Shown in pieces: positions 1 through 12,119 of a stretch of DNA of 64,000 nt. The stretch lies in assembly GCF_963921235.1 (NCBI RefSeq), contig NC_086097.1:158350001-158414000 (forward strand), written 5' to 3'. Under the pieces are notes generated by a model. That model searched no databases. It was not told the DNA's origin and saw only the letters and a list, made by a program, of their open reading frames with translations. Numbering within the stretch: position 1 is the first letter of the stretch; each line of letters begins with the position of its first letter. This stretch comes from Mobula hypostoma. Lineage: Eukaryota. The translations under genes were made by a program, and so were the position numbers.

Positions 1-256
1 ATAGGTCCTTCCGACTCTTTGAGCTGCACCACTCAGCAAACCCCAATTTAACACTGGTTTATTGACAGGGCAATTTACAGTGCCCAGTTAACCTACCCAC
101 TGGTACATCTTTGGACTGTGGGAGAAAACCGCATCACTTGGAGGAAGCCCATGCGGTCACACGGAGAATGTACAAAATCGTTACAGGCAACAGCAGGAAA
201 TGAACCCAGGTTGCTGGAACTGTAAAGAATTATGCTAACTACTACGTTACAATGCC
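1..256 (-). mobile_element. tRNA-derived V-SINE (HE1-like)
   Basis: Minus strand reads GGCATTGTAACGTAGTAGTTAGC (A-box-like) ... GGTTCATTTCC (B-box-like), then the V-domain-like GGTTTTCTCCCACAGTCCAAAGATGT; truncated by the window edge. Confidence 0.75.
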
Positions 257-1194
257 ACCCTCTGTCCTTGAGACACTCGGAGTGATGGTAGTTTGTGGAT
301 TTGCTGAAATGATATTTTATATTCATTCTGTGCCTCTGGAAATAAAGCCAAACTTGCCTTAGAAATGCATCACCTACCAATTCCCTTACCCTGCTCACCT
401 GGGGAAAGACTGGAAGTTGGGTGGGTGTGGGTGGGAGTGGGTGGAAGTGGTAAGGGAGATCAGGAGAGCTAGCGGAAGACTGGAGGTCAGAAGGTTGGGG
501 ATAGTGGTTAGAAAGTTAGGACTGGGTTGAGGAGGGGCAGTGCTAGGGAGGGACGAGAGGTCAAGTGGTGCAAGACATTACAGAAGTACAGCAGATATTC
601 TGAAGATGTAGCTCATGGGAAATCGGATGCTGCTTGTGCCACTCCATGATCTGATTACCTGACCATTAATTTTGTCATAAATTGTAACAACTCTCTTTAG
701 CACACATCCATTCTTTTTCACTTTACCCCAAGCCAGAGTGGCGACAATATCCATTTCAACTTGGGTCTGTCCCCTTCAGCATCAACTTCTCTTCTGCTTT
801 CATTGTAGGATGTTTGAAAGGATACGCTGCTGCGGTGTTTCTTCCCTCCATGCGTGTCTCTGTATTTATTACTAATGGAAATCGTCAGCTTTCCTAATCC
901 ATCACGTTGTGGCAAGCAGACATTAGGCATCTCCATAAATAGAGAGGGGAGCAAGTGATCTCAGTTCACTCGTCCAAGTTTCTCGGGCTCTCTGCACAAT
1001 TGCACTGCTCACGTAGAATGCTATTCAACGAGATTTTAAAGGAGGAAAATGCGGTGATTTAAGATCTTCCACACTTTAAGTGAAATGGTAATGTTTAAAA
1101 ATATTTTTGAGCAGAGCAAGCAATGATTCTTAAAATAATCAAACGTTAATCTCTCCATCTCTGGATTAATGCTGCTTGAATATTACAGTTCTAG

Positions 1195-1380
1195 TCGGCT
1201 TGTTTGTTGGTTCAATTCCCACTCAGGGAGTTGAGCCTTCCTTCAAATGAAGTGTCAAGCTGAAGTCCTTTGCCCCTGAGCAGGCGATCACAGCAGACTC
1301 CCTCAGCGATATTCTCAGGTACGGAAGTTGAGTTCTCCCCTGAGCTCTGACAAATATTTATTTTGTGGCACTCTTAGTTT
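1195..1380 (+). mobile_element. Degenerate DeuSINE/SacSINE-like SINE
   Basis: GGTTCAATTCCCACTC B-box followed by Deu-domain-like GAGTTCTCCCCTGAGCTCTGACAAATATTTAT; highly decayed. Confidence 0.4.
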
Positions 1381-1689
1381 AAATTGGAGTTACTGGTTGT
1401 GAGTAACAACAGCAGTTTCCATTTGCAGAGTAACTGGAAGGTAGCAAAGAATGAGCCAAGGTGATTCGTGGGAGTGTGATCAAACAAAAATCTAAAGCCA
1501 AGGAGAAAAACAGATAGAAGCTTGGTTGAAAAGGAGAGTATTGTTATCTCTCTTTCTTTAACTATCTTACATGAAGAAAGCGATTTTTCAATTGGTTTAT
1601 TGAATACATTGCTGACATTACATGGTTTGTGGTTTCTCGCACTGTACAAATTAACTGTGTTCTTCTCTGTTCCTATATTCATTGATATC

Positions 1690-2289
1690 AGTCATATCGT
1701 TATATCGAATAGACTACATTACTGCAATACACTTTCTACGGGTCTTCCAAAGCAATCTGTTGATAAACTTCAACTCATTCAGAATGCCTCTGCGAGACTT
1801 TTAATCAAAACCAGTATGAGGGAACATGTCATTCCCATACCAGCTACTCTACATATCTTTTAGAATTGATTTTTTAAGTTCTCTTGTTTTTTAAAGCTCT
1901 TAATGATCTGGGATCAGAGTACATCACAGAATCATTTGTGTTTTATAATCCTGCTTGAGCTTTCTGGTCTTCTTCGGCTGGTCTCTTAAATTTAAACAAT
2001 CTCCCTTAAAAGATAATTAGCAAGTCAGTTTTTTGATCTATGCTCCTAAAACGTGACATTCAATACCTAAAACTATAAGGGATGCACTCACTTGACCCTT
2101 TTAAATGTTAGCTCAACAGCTATTATTTAACCTTGCTTTTACCTAACTTCTGTTTGTCTTTTAATTTCATACTTATTTTTATTTTAATTTTATTTTCATT
2201 GTTTGTACCTTTATCCCATTATAAAGCACTTTGAACTTCATAATCTGTATGAAAAGTGCTCTCTATATATAGTTATTGGTATTATTATT
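1690..2289 (+). mobile_element. L2 LINE 3' fragment
   Basis: RLHYCNTLSTGLPKQSVDKLQLIQNASARLL matches the L2 ORF2 C-terminus (RLDYCN..LQLIQNAAARL); ends in a (TAT)n tail. Confidence 0.85.
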
Positions 2290-2719
2290 TTACTTCATTA
2301 TGAAATTCCATTGGGCCAGGAGAGATACTGACAGATTGCAAATCCTTTTTATCATTATGTTTTACTCCTGATTTTTAAAGGCGAAGAAGATTACCCCTAT
2401 TTGTGGTGAATTGACTGATGAGAATGCAAGTCATTTTGTGAAAAGGAACAAGCAGTTCTGCTTATTTTTTGATTGGCCTTTTTCCCTTTTGTCTCAGGAG
2501 ACAGATCTAAGGTCAGGAAACATGAAGAATTTTTGCCTTTCTCAGTAAGAAAACTTCAAATGCTGAGGTTGTGAAGCAAGAATCGAAAATGGCAGGAATG
2601 CAAAAGAAAGCTGTCACCATTCATGTATTAGAAATAAATTATTGCACGCAGTAAACTGGCAGGAAATGAAATTTAATTACTTCATAGGACATCTCATAGC
2701 ATGAATTAATGTATGTTTA

Positions 2720-5700
2720 AGACCATAAAACCATAAGACCATTAGACGTAGGAGCAGAATTAGCCCATTGAGTCTGCTTCACCATTCAATCATGGCTGAT
2801 CCTTTTTTCCCCTCATCAGCCCCACTCCCCTGCCTTCTCCTCATAACCTTTAATGCTTTGTTCAATCAATGAACCTATCAAAGCTCTGCCTTAAATACAC
2901 CCAGTGACCTGGTCCACACAGCCGCCTGTGGTGATAAATACCACAAATTCACCACCCTCTGGCTAAAGTAATTTCTCCTTTAGCTCTGATTTAAATGGAC
3001 GCCCCTCTATCCTGAGGCTTTTCTGTCTTGTCCTAGACTCCCCCACCAGGGTAAACATCCTACTTTGTCCAGGCCTTTGAACTTTCGAAAAGTTTCAGTG
3101 AGATGCTGCCTCATTTTTTTAAATTCCAGCGAATGCAGCCCAGAGCCATCAGGCCTTCCTCGTATGATAAACTTTTCATCTCTGGAATCATCATTGTGAA
3201 CCTCCTCTGAACCGTCGCCAATGCCAGTACATCCAACACATCTTAAATCAGGAGCCTAAAGCTGTTCACAATACTCAAGGTGAGGCCTCACCAGTGTCTT
3301 ATAAATCCTCGGCATCACATCCCTGCTGTTGTATTCTAGACCTCTTGAAATGAATGCTAACATTGCATTTGCCTTCCTCACCACTGTCTCTACTTGCAAG
3401 TTAACCTTTAGGGTGATCTGCACAAAGATCTCCAAGTCCCTGTGCATCCCAGATTTTTGGATTTTCTCCCCAATTAGAAAATAGCATGCACACTTATTTC
3501 TAATACCAAAGTGCATGATCATGCATTTTCTAACATTGTATTTAATGTGCCACTTCTTGGCCATTCTCCTAATCTGTCCAAGTCCTTCTGCAGCCTTCCA
3601 GTTTTCTCAACACTACTTGTATCTCCACCAATCTTTGTATCATGTGCAAACTTGGCAACAAAGCCATCTATTCCATCGTCTAAATCATTGACATACAGCA
3701 TCAAAAGAAGTGGTCTGAACACTGATCCCTGCGGATCACCACAGGCAACCAACCAGAAAATTATCTTTTTGTTTCCACTCGCTGCGTCCTACCAATCATA
3801 ATGCTGTAACCATGCCAGTACAACAGCCCTGCGTCCCCTTTATCTATCCTACGTGTAATCTCCTCAAAGAATTTCAACAGGTTCGTCAGGCAGATTTTCC
3901 CTTATGGAAACCATGTCGACTTTGTCCTATTTTGTCCTGTGCCACAAATACCCCATAACCTCATCCGTAACAATTGACTCCAACATCTTCAACCACTGGG
4001 GTTAGGCCAATTGACCTGCATGTTAAAATCTCCCATGACTATCATAACGTTGCCCTTTATGACATGCCTTTTCTTTTTCCCATTGTAATCTGTGGTCCAC
4101 ATCCCAGCTACAATCGGAAGGCCTGTATATAACTGCTATTAGGGTGGTCCTTTTTACCCTTTCTTAACTCAACCTACAACAATTCAACATCATTGGATTC
4201 TACGTCACATCATTCTACTGATCTTATGTCATTCTTTGCCATCAGAGCATGCGGCCCCCACTGCCTACATTCCTATCCCTTCGATACAATGTGTAACCTT
4301 GGACATTCAGCTCCCAACTACAACCATCATTCAGCCATGGTTCAGTGATGGCCACAACATCATACCTGCCAATCAGAAATAGTGCAGCAAGATCATCCAC
4401 CTTATTTCTTATGTTCTGTGCATTGAGACTCCTTGCGTGTGGTATTTTCTACTCTTTTTGAATCTGCATCCCTAATACACTGATACTCACCCTGCTGGCT
4501 GCATTTTTTTTCCTGTCATCTGCCTGCCCTTCCTGACAGTCTCACTGCCAGCTATCTTTGCTTTTTTACCATGTGTCCTATCCTGAGTCCCTTCACTCTG
4601 GTTCCCTACCCCCCATGCCAAACTAGCTTAAACCCTTCCCAACAGCTCCAACAAACCTGCTTGTGAGAATATTGGGCTCCCTCAGGTTCAGGTGCAACTT
4701 GTCACATTTGTACAGGTCAGAAGAGATCCCAATGATTCAAGAACGTGAAGCCCTGCCCCCTGCACCAGCTTCTTACCACACATTAATCTGCCAAATCATC
4801 CTGTTTCTACCTTCATTGGTGTGTGGCACAGGCAGCAATCCAGAAATTACTATCCTGCTTCTCAGCTTTCTACCTTGCTCTCTGAATTCTCTCTTCAGGA
4901 CCTCTTTGCTTTCCCTTCATATATCATTGGTACCAATCTGTACCAAGACATCTGGCTGCTCTCCCTCCCCCTCCAAAATGCTGTGCACATGATCAAAGAC
5001 GTCCCTGACCGTGCTAGGCAACATACCATCTGGATGTCCTGTTCATGTCCACAGAATCTCCTGCCTGATCCTCTGACTATTGAGTCCCCTATCACTACCG
5101 CTCCGCTCTTCTCCCTCTTCCCCTTCTGTACCACGGGAGCAATGCCTAGTTTCAGTAGCTTGGTCTCCGTGGCATTCCCCTGGGTGGTCACCTCCCACAA
5201 CAGTATACTTATTTGTGATGGGAATGACCACAAGGGTGCTCTGCGCTAACTGCCTATTCAAATTTCCATTTCTCCTGACAGTCACCTAGCTACTCACCTC
5301 CTGCAACTTAGGGATGATTTTGTAACTATGATTGATATCTCCTCACTCTCCCATAATAGCCGAAGTTCGTCTAGCTGCTGCTGCAGATCCCTAACATGGT
5401 CTTCAGGGAGCAGCAGCTGGATGCACTTCATGCAGATGTCGTTCCCTGGGAGACTCTGGGTCTCCTCGGATTCCGACATCTGGCATGAAGAACAAACAAT
5501 AACTATTTACTGCACTAGGTACAGTAAGAGATTTTAAAAAGGGAACCTTAACAGAAGCTTAGTCAGAGCCAAAGCTTCTTTTGAATCGAATCACTCCCAC
5601 CCTCACTACTGGCCTACTTCTAACAATGACCCTTCTGCAATTTCACTTAATTCGCTGTGCTCTACTCCCGCTGCTGATTGGACCACTGGAATGAACCTGA

Positions 5701-5810
5701 AGACCCACAAAGCTCTCCTTTTAAACAAGTGTCGCTGACCTGCAAGAAGCTTTATTGCTGTGCTCTGCTCCGGCTACTGACTGGTTCGCTGGATGACCAG
5801 CTGTGCTGAA
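2720..5810 (-). mobile_element. CR1 LINE, internally deleted, with esterase-type ORF1
   Basis: RT motifs PQGSV and KFAHDTKIGG (3519-3752); LVRPHLEYC (3256-3564); ORF1 SGNH-like AVVIGDSIVRG (4895-5233); N-terminal CxxC (5294-5479); CCATAAGA-type tail repeats at ~2720-2745. Confidence 0.92.
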
Positions 5811-6944
5811 TGATGGCTATCCGCTGGTTCCAGCTGTGATTCTCATCCCCTACAAAATCTTCACGGAAAGTCCTTTCATTGCAATGGTTTGATTGTGTTC
5901 GATTATTTTTCCTTGGGTTTAGTGTTCTAGATTATGCAAGTGTGGTATAAGCCAAGTCAGTACACACACTCAAAGTGGAATTGGGGCAATTTAGAAGAGG
6001 GAAGAAAGCTGGAGTGTGGAGAGATGGATTATTTGATGGTGCTGTAAGTGTTGGAGGAAGCAGAGTGTGCTGATTAGTTTTCCTCTGTGCTGTGTCATTT
6101 TATGATATATCCCTTTTCCTATTGCTAGGTGGTTCATTTAATCATAATAAGACAAACATGTTGACACAGCCAAATAATGGGTTATTTGGATGGGTGACTG
6201 ACGATTTGAACTGAGAGGTAGGAGGGTTTTAAGGAGTGAGGATAAAGGTAACATGAAAGTGTATATGGACTCCATTCTGGGACCAATAACTGTCATAATA
6301 CCCATTTCCACTACATTTTCTGATTGTATTTTTGTTTTCATTTTGTCTTGATGGCTAAGTGAATAAAACACAATACATCAGCCTACTATGGGCTTAAACC
6401 TATTTAATTTCTTTTGGTGCAAAGTTTATTGTTGTAGTTTCCTTGGCAACAGGCCTGCAAGACAGACAAATGTACAATTTTCAAATATTTCCTGCCCTTA
6501 TGATTAGTTAAGTGATAAATTTGACAGAGTGTTTCCATTTGAATGAGTCACAATTTTATAAGAAGCCTTTAGCAACAAGCTAGGCATGTTAAAAGTAAAA
6601 GGCCAAGTATAGTTCGATGCTCAGAATGTATTGAACAGTGACAGTTCTCTTCAAGAGGGAGTTAGATGCCAGCTGGTATTCTCTCAGCTTAAAAGAAGAG
6701 AAAGATAGAGGTTACATGGTAACATGCATTGATCCAAATGTTGGTGTGTATATGCACTGGATGCTTAGCATTTTCAGGGCCTCTTGCAGAAGTCTTTTTA
6801 TTCACGGATGGGTGTGAGCGTGAGAAATTTCCTTAATTTCTACTTTTCTGGATTTAAATGAAAATTTTCAAGAAGTGTATGCTAGAAATCTGAAATAAAA
6901 ACAGAAAAAGCTAAAATGTCACCTTATGTGATCAACTCATACAC

Positions 6945-7245
6945 AGAAACAAGTTGCTTTTGCTCCGGAGTCTGTGCTGACCATCAAGCACGTATTTACT
7001 GTAGTTTCAAATTATTTTGCCCAAATTCCCATCACCTTTTTCAAGATTCCACCACTCATCTGTACACAAAAGATAATTTGTAGCGGCCCGTTAATCTATC
7101 ATGTCCTTGGGACATGGGAGAAAATCAGAGCATTTGGGGAAACCCACATGGTCACAGGCAGAATGTATAAGCTCTGTATGTGTGGATCAGGATTGAAACT
7201 GGTTTGCTGGAACTGTGAGGCAGCAGTTCTATTCACTGCACCACA
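6945..7245 (-). mobile_element. V-SINE (HE1-like)
   Basis: Shares the GAAACCCACATGGTCACAGGCAGAATGTATAAGCTC block with the element at 1-256. Confidence 0.7.
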
Positions 7246-7611
7246 GAATCCATGCACCACATGTCCTGAACTGTCGAAGGGGCACCAACTAAGAAATTCT
7301 TGACTTTCTGCTGGTTCAGTTAATCATGTTGGTCCTGCAGCAGACTTATCAGTCATGCATAAGGAGAGGATTGTTAGCTGAGCTGAAGTACAGTCTTCAA
7401 TATGATGATTTCATGATGAGGCATCTAGCCAGTACATGCTGTGGATGAGAAATTTAAGTGAGGTGTCCTCAAAATACTTCAGTACTGGTGAGCAAAACTC
7501 AACTGTGAGATGATAAGGTAAGCAGTAGTCATTGTCAGAGGCATTGCTGGTGTTGGCAACTTTAGTGTTTGGCTTTAAGAATCAACATGTTTTGAGAAGT
7601 AGCATAAAATG

Positions 7612-7944
7612 GAACTTAAAAACCTAGATAGAATGGATGCGGAGAGGATGTTTCCTATAGTGGGCGAGGACCAGAGGGCACAGCCTTAGAATAGAGGGAT
7701 GTCTATTTAGAATAGAGATGAGGAGGTATTCCTGTAGTTAGAGGGAGGTGAATCTGTGGAAACCAAATCATTGGGCATATTTAAAACAGAAATGACAGTT
7801 TCTTGATTAGTCTGGGTGTCAGAAGTTATGGGGAAAAGGCAGGAAAATGGGGTTAAGAGGGATAATAAATCAGCCATGATGGAACGGAGGAGCTGAACTG
7901 ATGGACCCAGTGGCATAATTCTGCTCCTATGTCTTATGGTCTTA
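7612..7944 (+). mobile_element. CR1 LINE 3' end
   Basis: GGACCAGAGGGCACAGCCTTAGAATA and terminal CTGCTCCTATGTCTTATGGTCTTA, the reverse complement of the CR1 end at ~2720. Confidence 0.85.
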
Positions 7945-8125
7945 ATTCTGCTGATCATAGAACCAGTCAAAATATAAATTTTTACTTCTTAGCTCTTGTA
8001 TATTCAGTAAAAAAAAAAGTTCTTGTCTGTTTCATTTGTAGAAAAATGCATCTAGGCTTTCTTGTGTAAAATCCTTTTCTTCCAGGACTTTAAATTGCAG
8101 TTTATAAGGATTTGACTTAGTTGTA

Positions 8126-9398
8126 CAGGTGGCCCCCGTTTTCCGAACGTTCGCTTTACGTCACCTCACTGCTACAAAAGACCTACGTTAGTTACCTGTT
8201 TTCGCTAACAGGAGGTATTTTCGCTGTGACGTAAAAAGACAGCGTGCGCCCGAACAGCCAAGCTCCTCCCCCGGAACTGCATTCTAGCCAGCAATGCTTA
8301 AACATGTGCTTTATCTCGATTTATTTTGTGCATCCGTTAGCAAGATGAGTTCTAAGGTATCAGAAAAGCCTAAAAGAGCTCGTAAGGGTGTTACACTTAG
8401 CATAAAACTAGACATAATTAAGTGTTTGGATCATGGTGAATAAAGTAAGGACATTGTCCACGCATTGAACTTGCCTGCGTCCACCATTCGCACTATTTAT
8501 ACGTAGAGAGAAAGAATTTTGAAAGCTGCCGATGTTGCTGTTGTTTCGGCTCGTAGCAAAGTGGTCTCTCTTAGTCGGCATCCAATAATGGATAAAATGG
8601 AAAGTCTATTGTTTGAATGGATTGATGGGTGTACAAAGCGTGGTGTTCCATTAAGTTTTCTTATACTTGAGGAGAAATCAGTCAGTCTTTTTAATAAGCT
8701 GAAACAGAAGGTACTGGACGCTGGTGACGAAAGTGTTGCGGAAGTGGAATTTAAAGGTAGTCATGGGTGGTTTGATCGGTTTCTGAGGCGAGGAAAGCTT
8801 CATAGTTTAACATTTATCGGAGAGAGTGCTTCAGCTGATACTAAAACTGCCGAAAAGTTCCCAGCAGAACTGAAGAAAATAATTACAAAAGGTAGTTATT
8901 CGTATAAGCAAGTGTTTAACGGTGACGAAACTGGCAATTTATTGTTGTATTCCCGATTCCGGTAAGTGAAACTACACTGTACATACATTATTTGTACTTT
9001 ATATAGGCTGTGTATTTTTATGTGTCATTTGGTATGATTTGGCAGCTTCATAGCTTAAAGGTTACTGGAGAGAGTGTTTCTGCTGAGAGCGCTTGCACCG
9101 TGTTTGTGCCGAGAGCACTGCCATGAGATTTTCGCTGCGCTAGACAGTGCTGCAGAACAGAATTTCTACTTTATATAGGCTGTGTATTTATCATATAGTT
9201 CCTGCTTTTACTATATGTTACTGTTGTTTTAGGTTTTATGTGTTATTTGGCATGATTTTGTACGTTTTTTTTGGGTCTGGGAAAGCTCAAAAATTTTTCC
9301 CATATTAATAAATGGTAATTGCTTATCCACTTTACGACATTCCAGCTTGCCAACTGTTTCATAGGAACTCTCTACCTTCAGATAGCGGGGAAAACCTG
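8126..9398 (+). mobile_element. Tigger/pogo DNA transposon, internally deleted
   Basis: TA on both flanks (8124-8125, 9399-9400); imperfect TIRs CAGGTGGCCCCCGTTTTCCGAACGT / CAGGTTTTCCCCGCTATCTGAAGGT; transposase remnant inside. Confidence 0.92.
8345..8965 (+). pseudogene. Tigger transposase remnant (CENP-B-type HTH domains, truncated after the first catalytic D)
   Basis: MSSKVSEKPKRARKGVTLSIKLDIIK..ASTIRTI with 2 in-frame stops, in frame with ORF 8519-8965 containing FKGSHGWFDRF, GESASAD and QVFNGDETG. Confidence 0.9.
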
Positions 9399-9571
9399 TA
9401 CATTTAATACTTTATTAGCATTTAAGTAATATTCTAAATATGTTGTTGATTAAGCAGTCTTTATTTCAATACTTAATCATCATGTAAAAATACATGAATT
9501 GCGTACAGCATGATGTTACCACATGGTATGTGTGTGCCTTTCTTTAAACACGAGCTAAGACTCGCATTTAA
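9399..9571 (+). repeat. 5' LTR remnant of the Gypsy element (first few bases lie upstream of the Tigger; 3' end and PBS apparently deleted)
   Basis: Direct-repeat blocks shared with 11875-12119: CATGTAAAA(A/G)TACATGAATTGC (9481-9502 vs 11969-11990), TAAGACTCGCAT (9556-9567 vs 12048-12059), ATTTAATACTT. Confidence 0.8.
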
Positions 9572-9770
9572 AAACAAACCCAAGATGGCTACCAACTTGT
9601 TGAAGTGCAGCTAGATGTTTGAGTTAACAAAAAACACAGTGAGAAACAGTAGAGTAAAAAAAACACAGCCCATGCAGAAGCAGTTGAGTTAAACAAAAAG
9701 TCAGAAAATGGATGAATTCCTGGGTTCACAAACTGTGAATACCAAGTAATAATAAATAAAAGGAGCAGAA

Positions 9771-10988
9771 ATGGCTATCTATATCTGAAGATTGACACAT
9801 TTGATTGTACAATGGATAACTAGATTTTGTATACTAACTGGATTTAGCAGTATTTTAATGAAAGTGGAACAGCCAATGAGAAACAAGTACCAATTTTGCT
9901 GAGTGCTTTGCAGTTTGCTTCTAAGTTTAACTGCTCCAACCAAACCAGCTGAAATGAACATTGTTGAACTTATGAAAGTAGTGCAAGAACATTTAAAACT
10001 GAAACCATTGCTGATTACAGAACTCTGGTTTTATAAGTAGAATCAAAACGAAGATGAGTCAATTTCAGCATAGAATTGAAGAGATTGTTTGAGCATTGTC
10101 AGTTTGGTAACGGTCGTAATGATGCACTGAGAGATAGTGTAGTTTTGTGGAATAGTATAACAAAAGCATTCAAAAACGTCTCCTAACTAAAGCACAACTT
10201 GCATTTAAAAGAGCAGTTGAAAGTGCTGTGTCAGTAAAACAGCAGACAGAGGCATAATTGAGTTGTAGCCAGGAATGAAAGTAACCATGAACAAAATTGC
10301 AAAGTGTAAACAGAAACCGGCTTGAATGAACAAATTGCTTTACTGTTCTGACTGGGGCTCACATACACCAGACCAATGCAGGTTTAAAGGCAAAAATTAG
10401 ATAAAATGTGACAAAGTAGGACACATACAAAGAGCATGTCAGACAGACAAAAAACAAACTGTCCAGGGAAGAGAAAAAAGATAAAAAGTCAAGTTGCAGT
10501 TTTAGAAAGAGCACTAAACTGCATGCTGTTGATGAAAAATTTGATCATGATGAGAGTGACACAGGACTAAGATCCTTGAGATTTACCATGTGAAAACTAA
10601 CAATAGACAGGCAATATGGCTTATATCAGTAGTGAATGACAAACTAAAATGGAATTGGACTCTGGTTGGGCTGTTTCATTCATACCACAAAATGAGTTTG
10701 AATGGAATTTCAAAGATACTAAACTGAAGCCTGCAGATATCCAAATAAGAACTTAAATTGAAGGAAAGACAACACCTGTGGGAATGACATTCATAACAGT
10801 GAAATACAACAACCAACAAGCCACATTGAGCTTGAATGTGGTTAAAAAAAACAGGAGGACCAGCATTGAGGGACATGATTGGCTGAGACAACTACAACTT
10901 GACTGAAGATCCATTCACCAATTGCATGCCACATCCCCTGCGATGAAGCCACATGTAAGTGAATTAAGAAAGGTACTGGATAATGCCA
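9771..10988 (+). pseudogene. Gypsy retrotransposon gag-protease remnant
   Basis: Frameshifted translations LTAPTKPAEM, QEHLKLKPLLITE, ELKRLFEHCQFGNGRNDALRD, SIQKRLL; knuckle KCDKVGHIQRAC (~10404-10439); protease MELDSGWAVS (DSG at 10658-10666). Confidence 0.85.
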
Positions 10989-10989
10989 T

Positions 10990-11567
10990 GACCATCTCTA
11001 TGCTGTACACATAAACCGTTACCCAACAGAGGATAAGCAAATGTTGTGCCAACCTTTGTGCCTCTAGTTGGAAAGCAAATTGGTCAAGGAAGGACCATAA
11101 TGCTCAGAGAAATCATGAAGGTGGTGAAAGCAGTGGTCCAACTACAACGAATTTGTACAAAACTTATCTGAGAAAGCTTCTGATATGCTAAAGTGGCTTG
11201 GTTTTAAACTAGAAGAGAATTCAATGCGTTTCAGGAAAGTTGTAAGCATTTGGCTTTTGTGAGTGTAAAGTGCCAGAATCTACTCTGTGTGTATTAAAGT
11301 TATTGCATGAACTTAAAGTGGGAGACAAGAAGCTGCTTGCAGAAGTAGATACAAAGGCCAAAGCCCAGCTGGATGGATGGAAGGCCAAAAATAAAGGAGT
11401 CAGTGGAGATGAGAAAAAAAAGAGGATTTGTCAGATGATGATGTGGATGCGGAGTCCAAGAAGAGAGATCGGATCATAAAAGTAGGAATAGAAGGATCAA
11501 TAAGAGAAATGCACCTTCCCAAGATCAAGATGCACACGCTAGAAAAAGAAAGGGAAGGCAAAGAGAG
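10990..11567 (+). pseudogene. RBM25: Intronless RBM25 fragment (RRM region) embedded in the Gypsy element
   Basis: Pieced-together translation VGKQIG.RKDH..GPTTT.FVQNLSEKASDML..GLVLN*KRIQCVSGKL*AFGFCECKVPESTLCVLKLLHELKVGDKKLLAEVDTKAKAQLDGWKAK..ESKKRDRIIKVGIE..NAPSQDQDAHARKRK parallels RBM25 as I recall it (GPTTTVFVGNISEKASDML..CGLVLSWKRVQGASGKLQAFGFCEYKEPESTLRALRLLHDLQIGEKKLLVKVDAKTKAQLDEWKAK..ETKRRDQMIKGAIE..NAPSQESDSHPRKKK); contains stops and frameshifts; the first ~50 bp are less certain. Confidence 0.93.
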
Positions 11568-11874
11568 GTTTACTGAGCTGTCAGAATCACTTCCTCAGTT
11601 TCAGAGCCATCACGAAGAAGGCCCCAGAACCTGAGATTGTTTTCATAGCCTCAAGTCTCACCTGCCAAGCAGCATGATCACCCTTGTCAGGAAAGACGTT
11701 ATGTCACATGAGTAAGAAATTCTCCACAGTGATTAAATCTTTAGGCCTGAATGAAACATTTTAAAATTTACTATGCAGTGGATGTCTGTATATAGTAGTT
11801 GTATAATATAGTATACCGTGTATATAGTTGAGATGCATTCTATATTGAATTGTTGTTTATACCTGAGCAAGGAG
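11568..11874 (+). mobile_element. Gypsy integrase C-terminal tail, 3' UTR and degenerate polypurine tract
   Basis: ELSESLP..EEAPEPEIV..QVSPAKQ..CQERRYVT*VRNSPQ*LNL* fits the RRYxxRxRxPPxRL tail of vertebrate Gypsy integrases; purine-rich GAGCAAGGAG (11865-11874) abuts TGTTGT. Confidence 0.7.
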
Positions 11875-12119
11875 TGTTGTTTATTTAATACTTCAGTAGT
11901 ATTTGGGTAATGTAAATACAGTATGGTGTTGTAAAGCATTATTTGTTTGAACAATTCATTGTGCGTTACATGTAAAAGTACATGAATTGCAAACATCATG
12001 ATGCTACCAAATTATATGTACATGCTGTGCTTAAAGTAAACATGAATTAAGACTCGCATCTCTTGGCTCTCTTGTTTTCCTTTGAATTAGTTTATTGTTT
12101 TGGAGCTACAAAGCATAGC
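11875..12119 (+). repeat. 3' LTR of the Gypsy element
   Basis: Begins TGTTGT after the purine tract; direct repeat of 9399-9571; 3' end approximate. Confidence 0.8.

Noticed and set aside
10990..11634. RBM25-like ORFs as real exons of the functional RBM25 gene
   Set aside because: In-frame stops, frameshifts, a deletion in the RRM, no introns, and location inside an LTR element.
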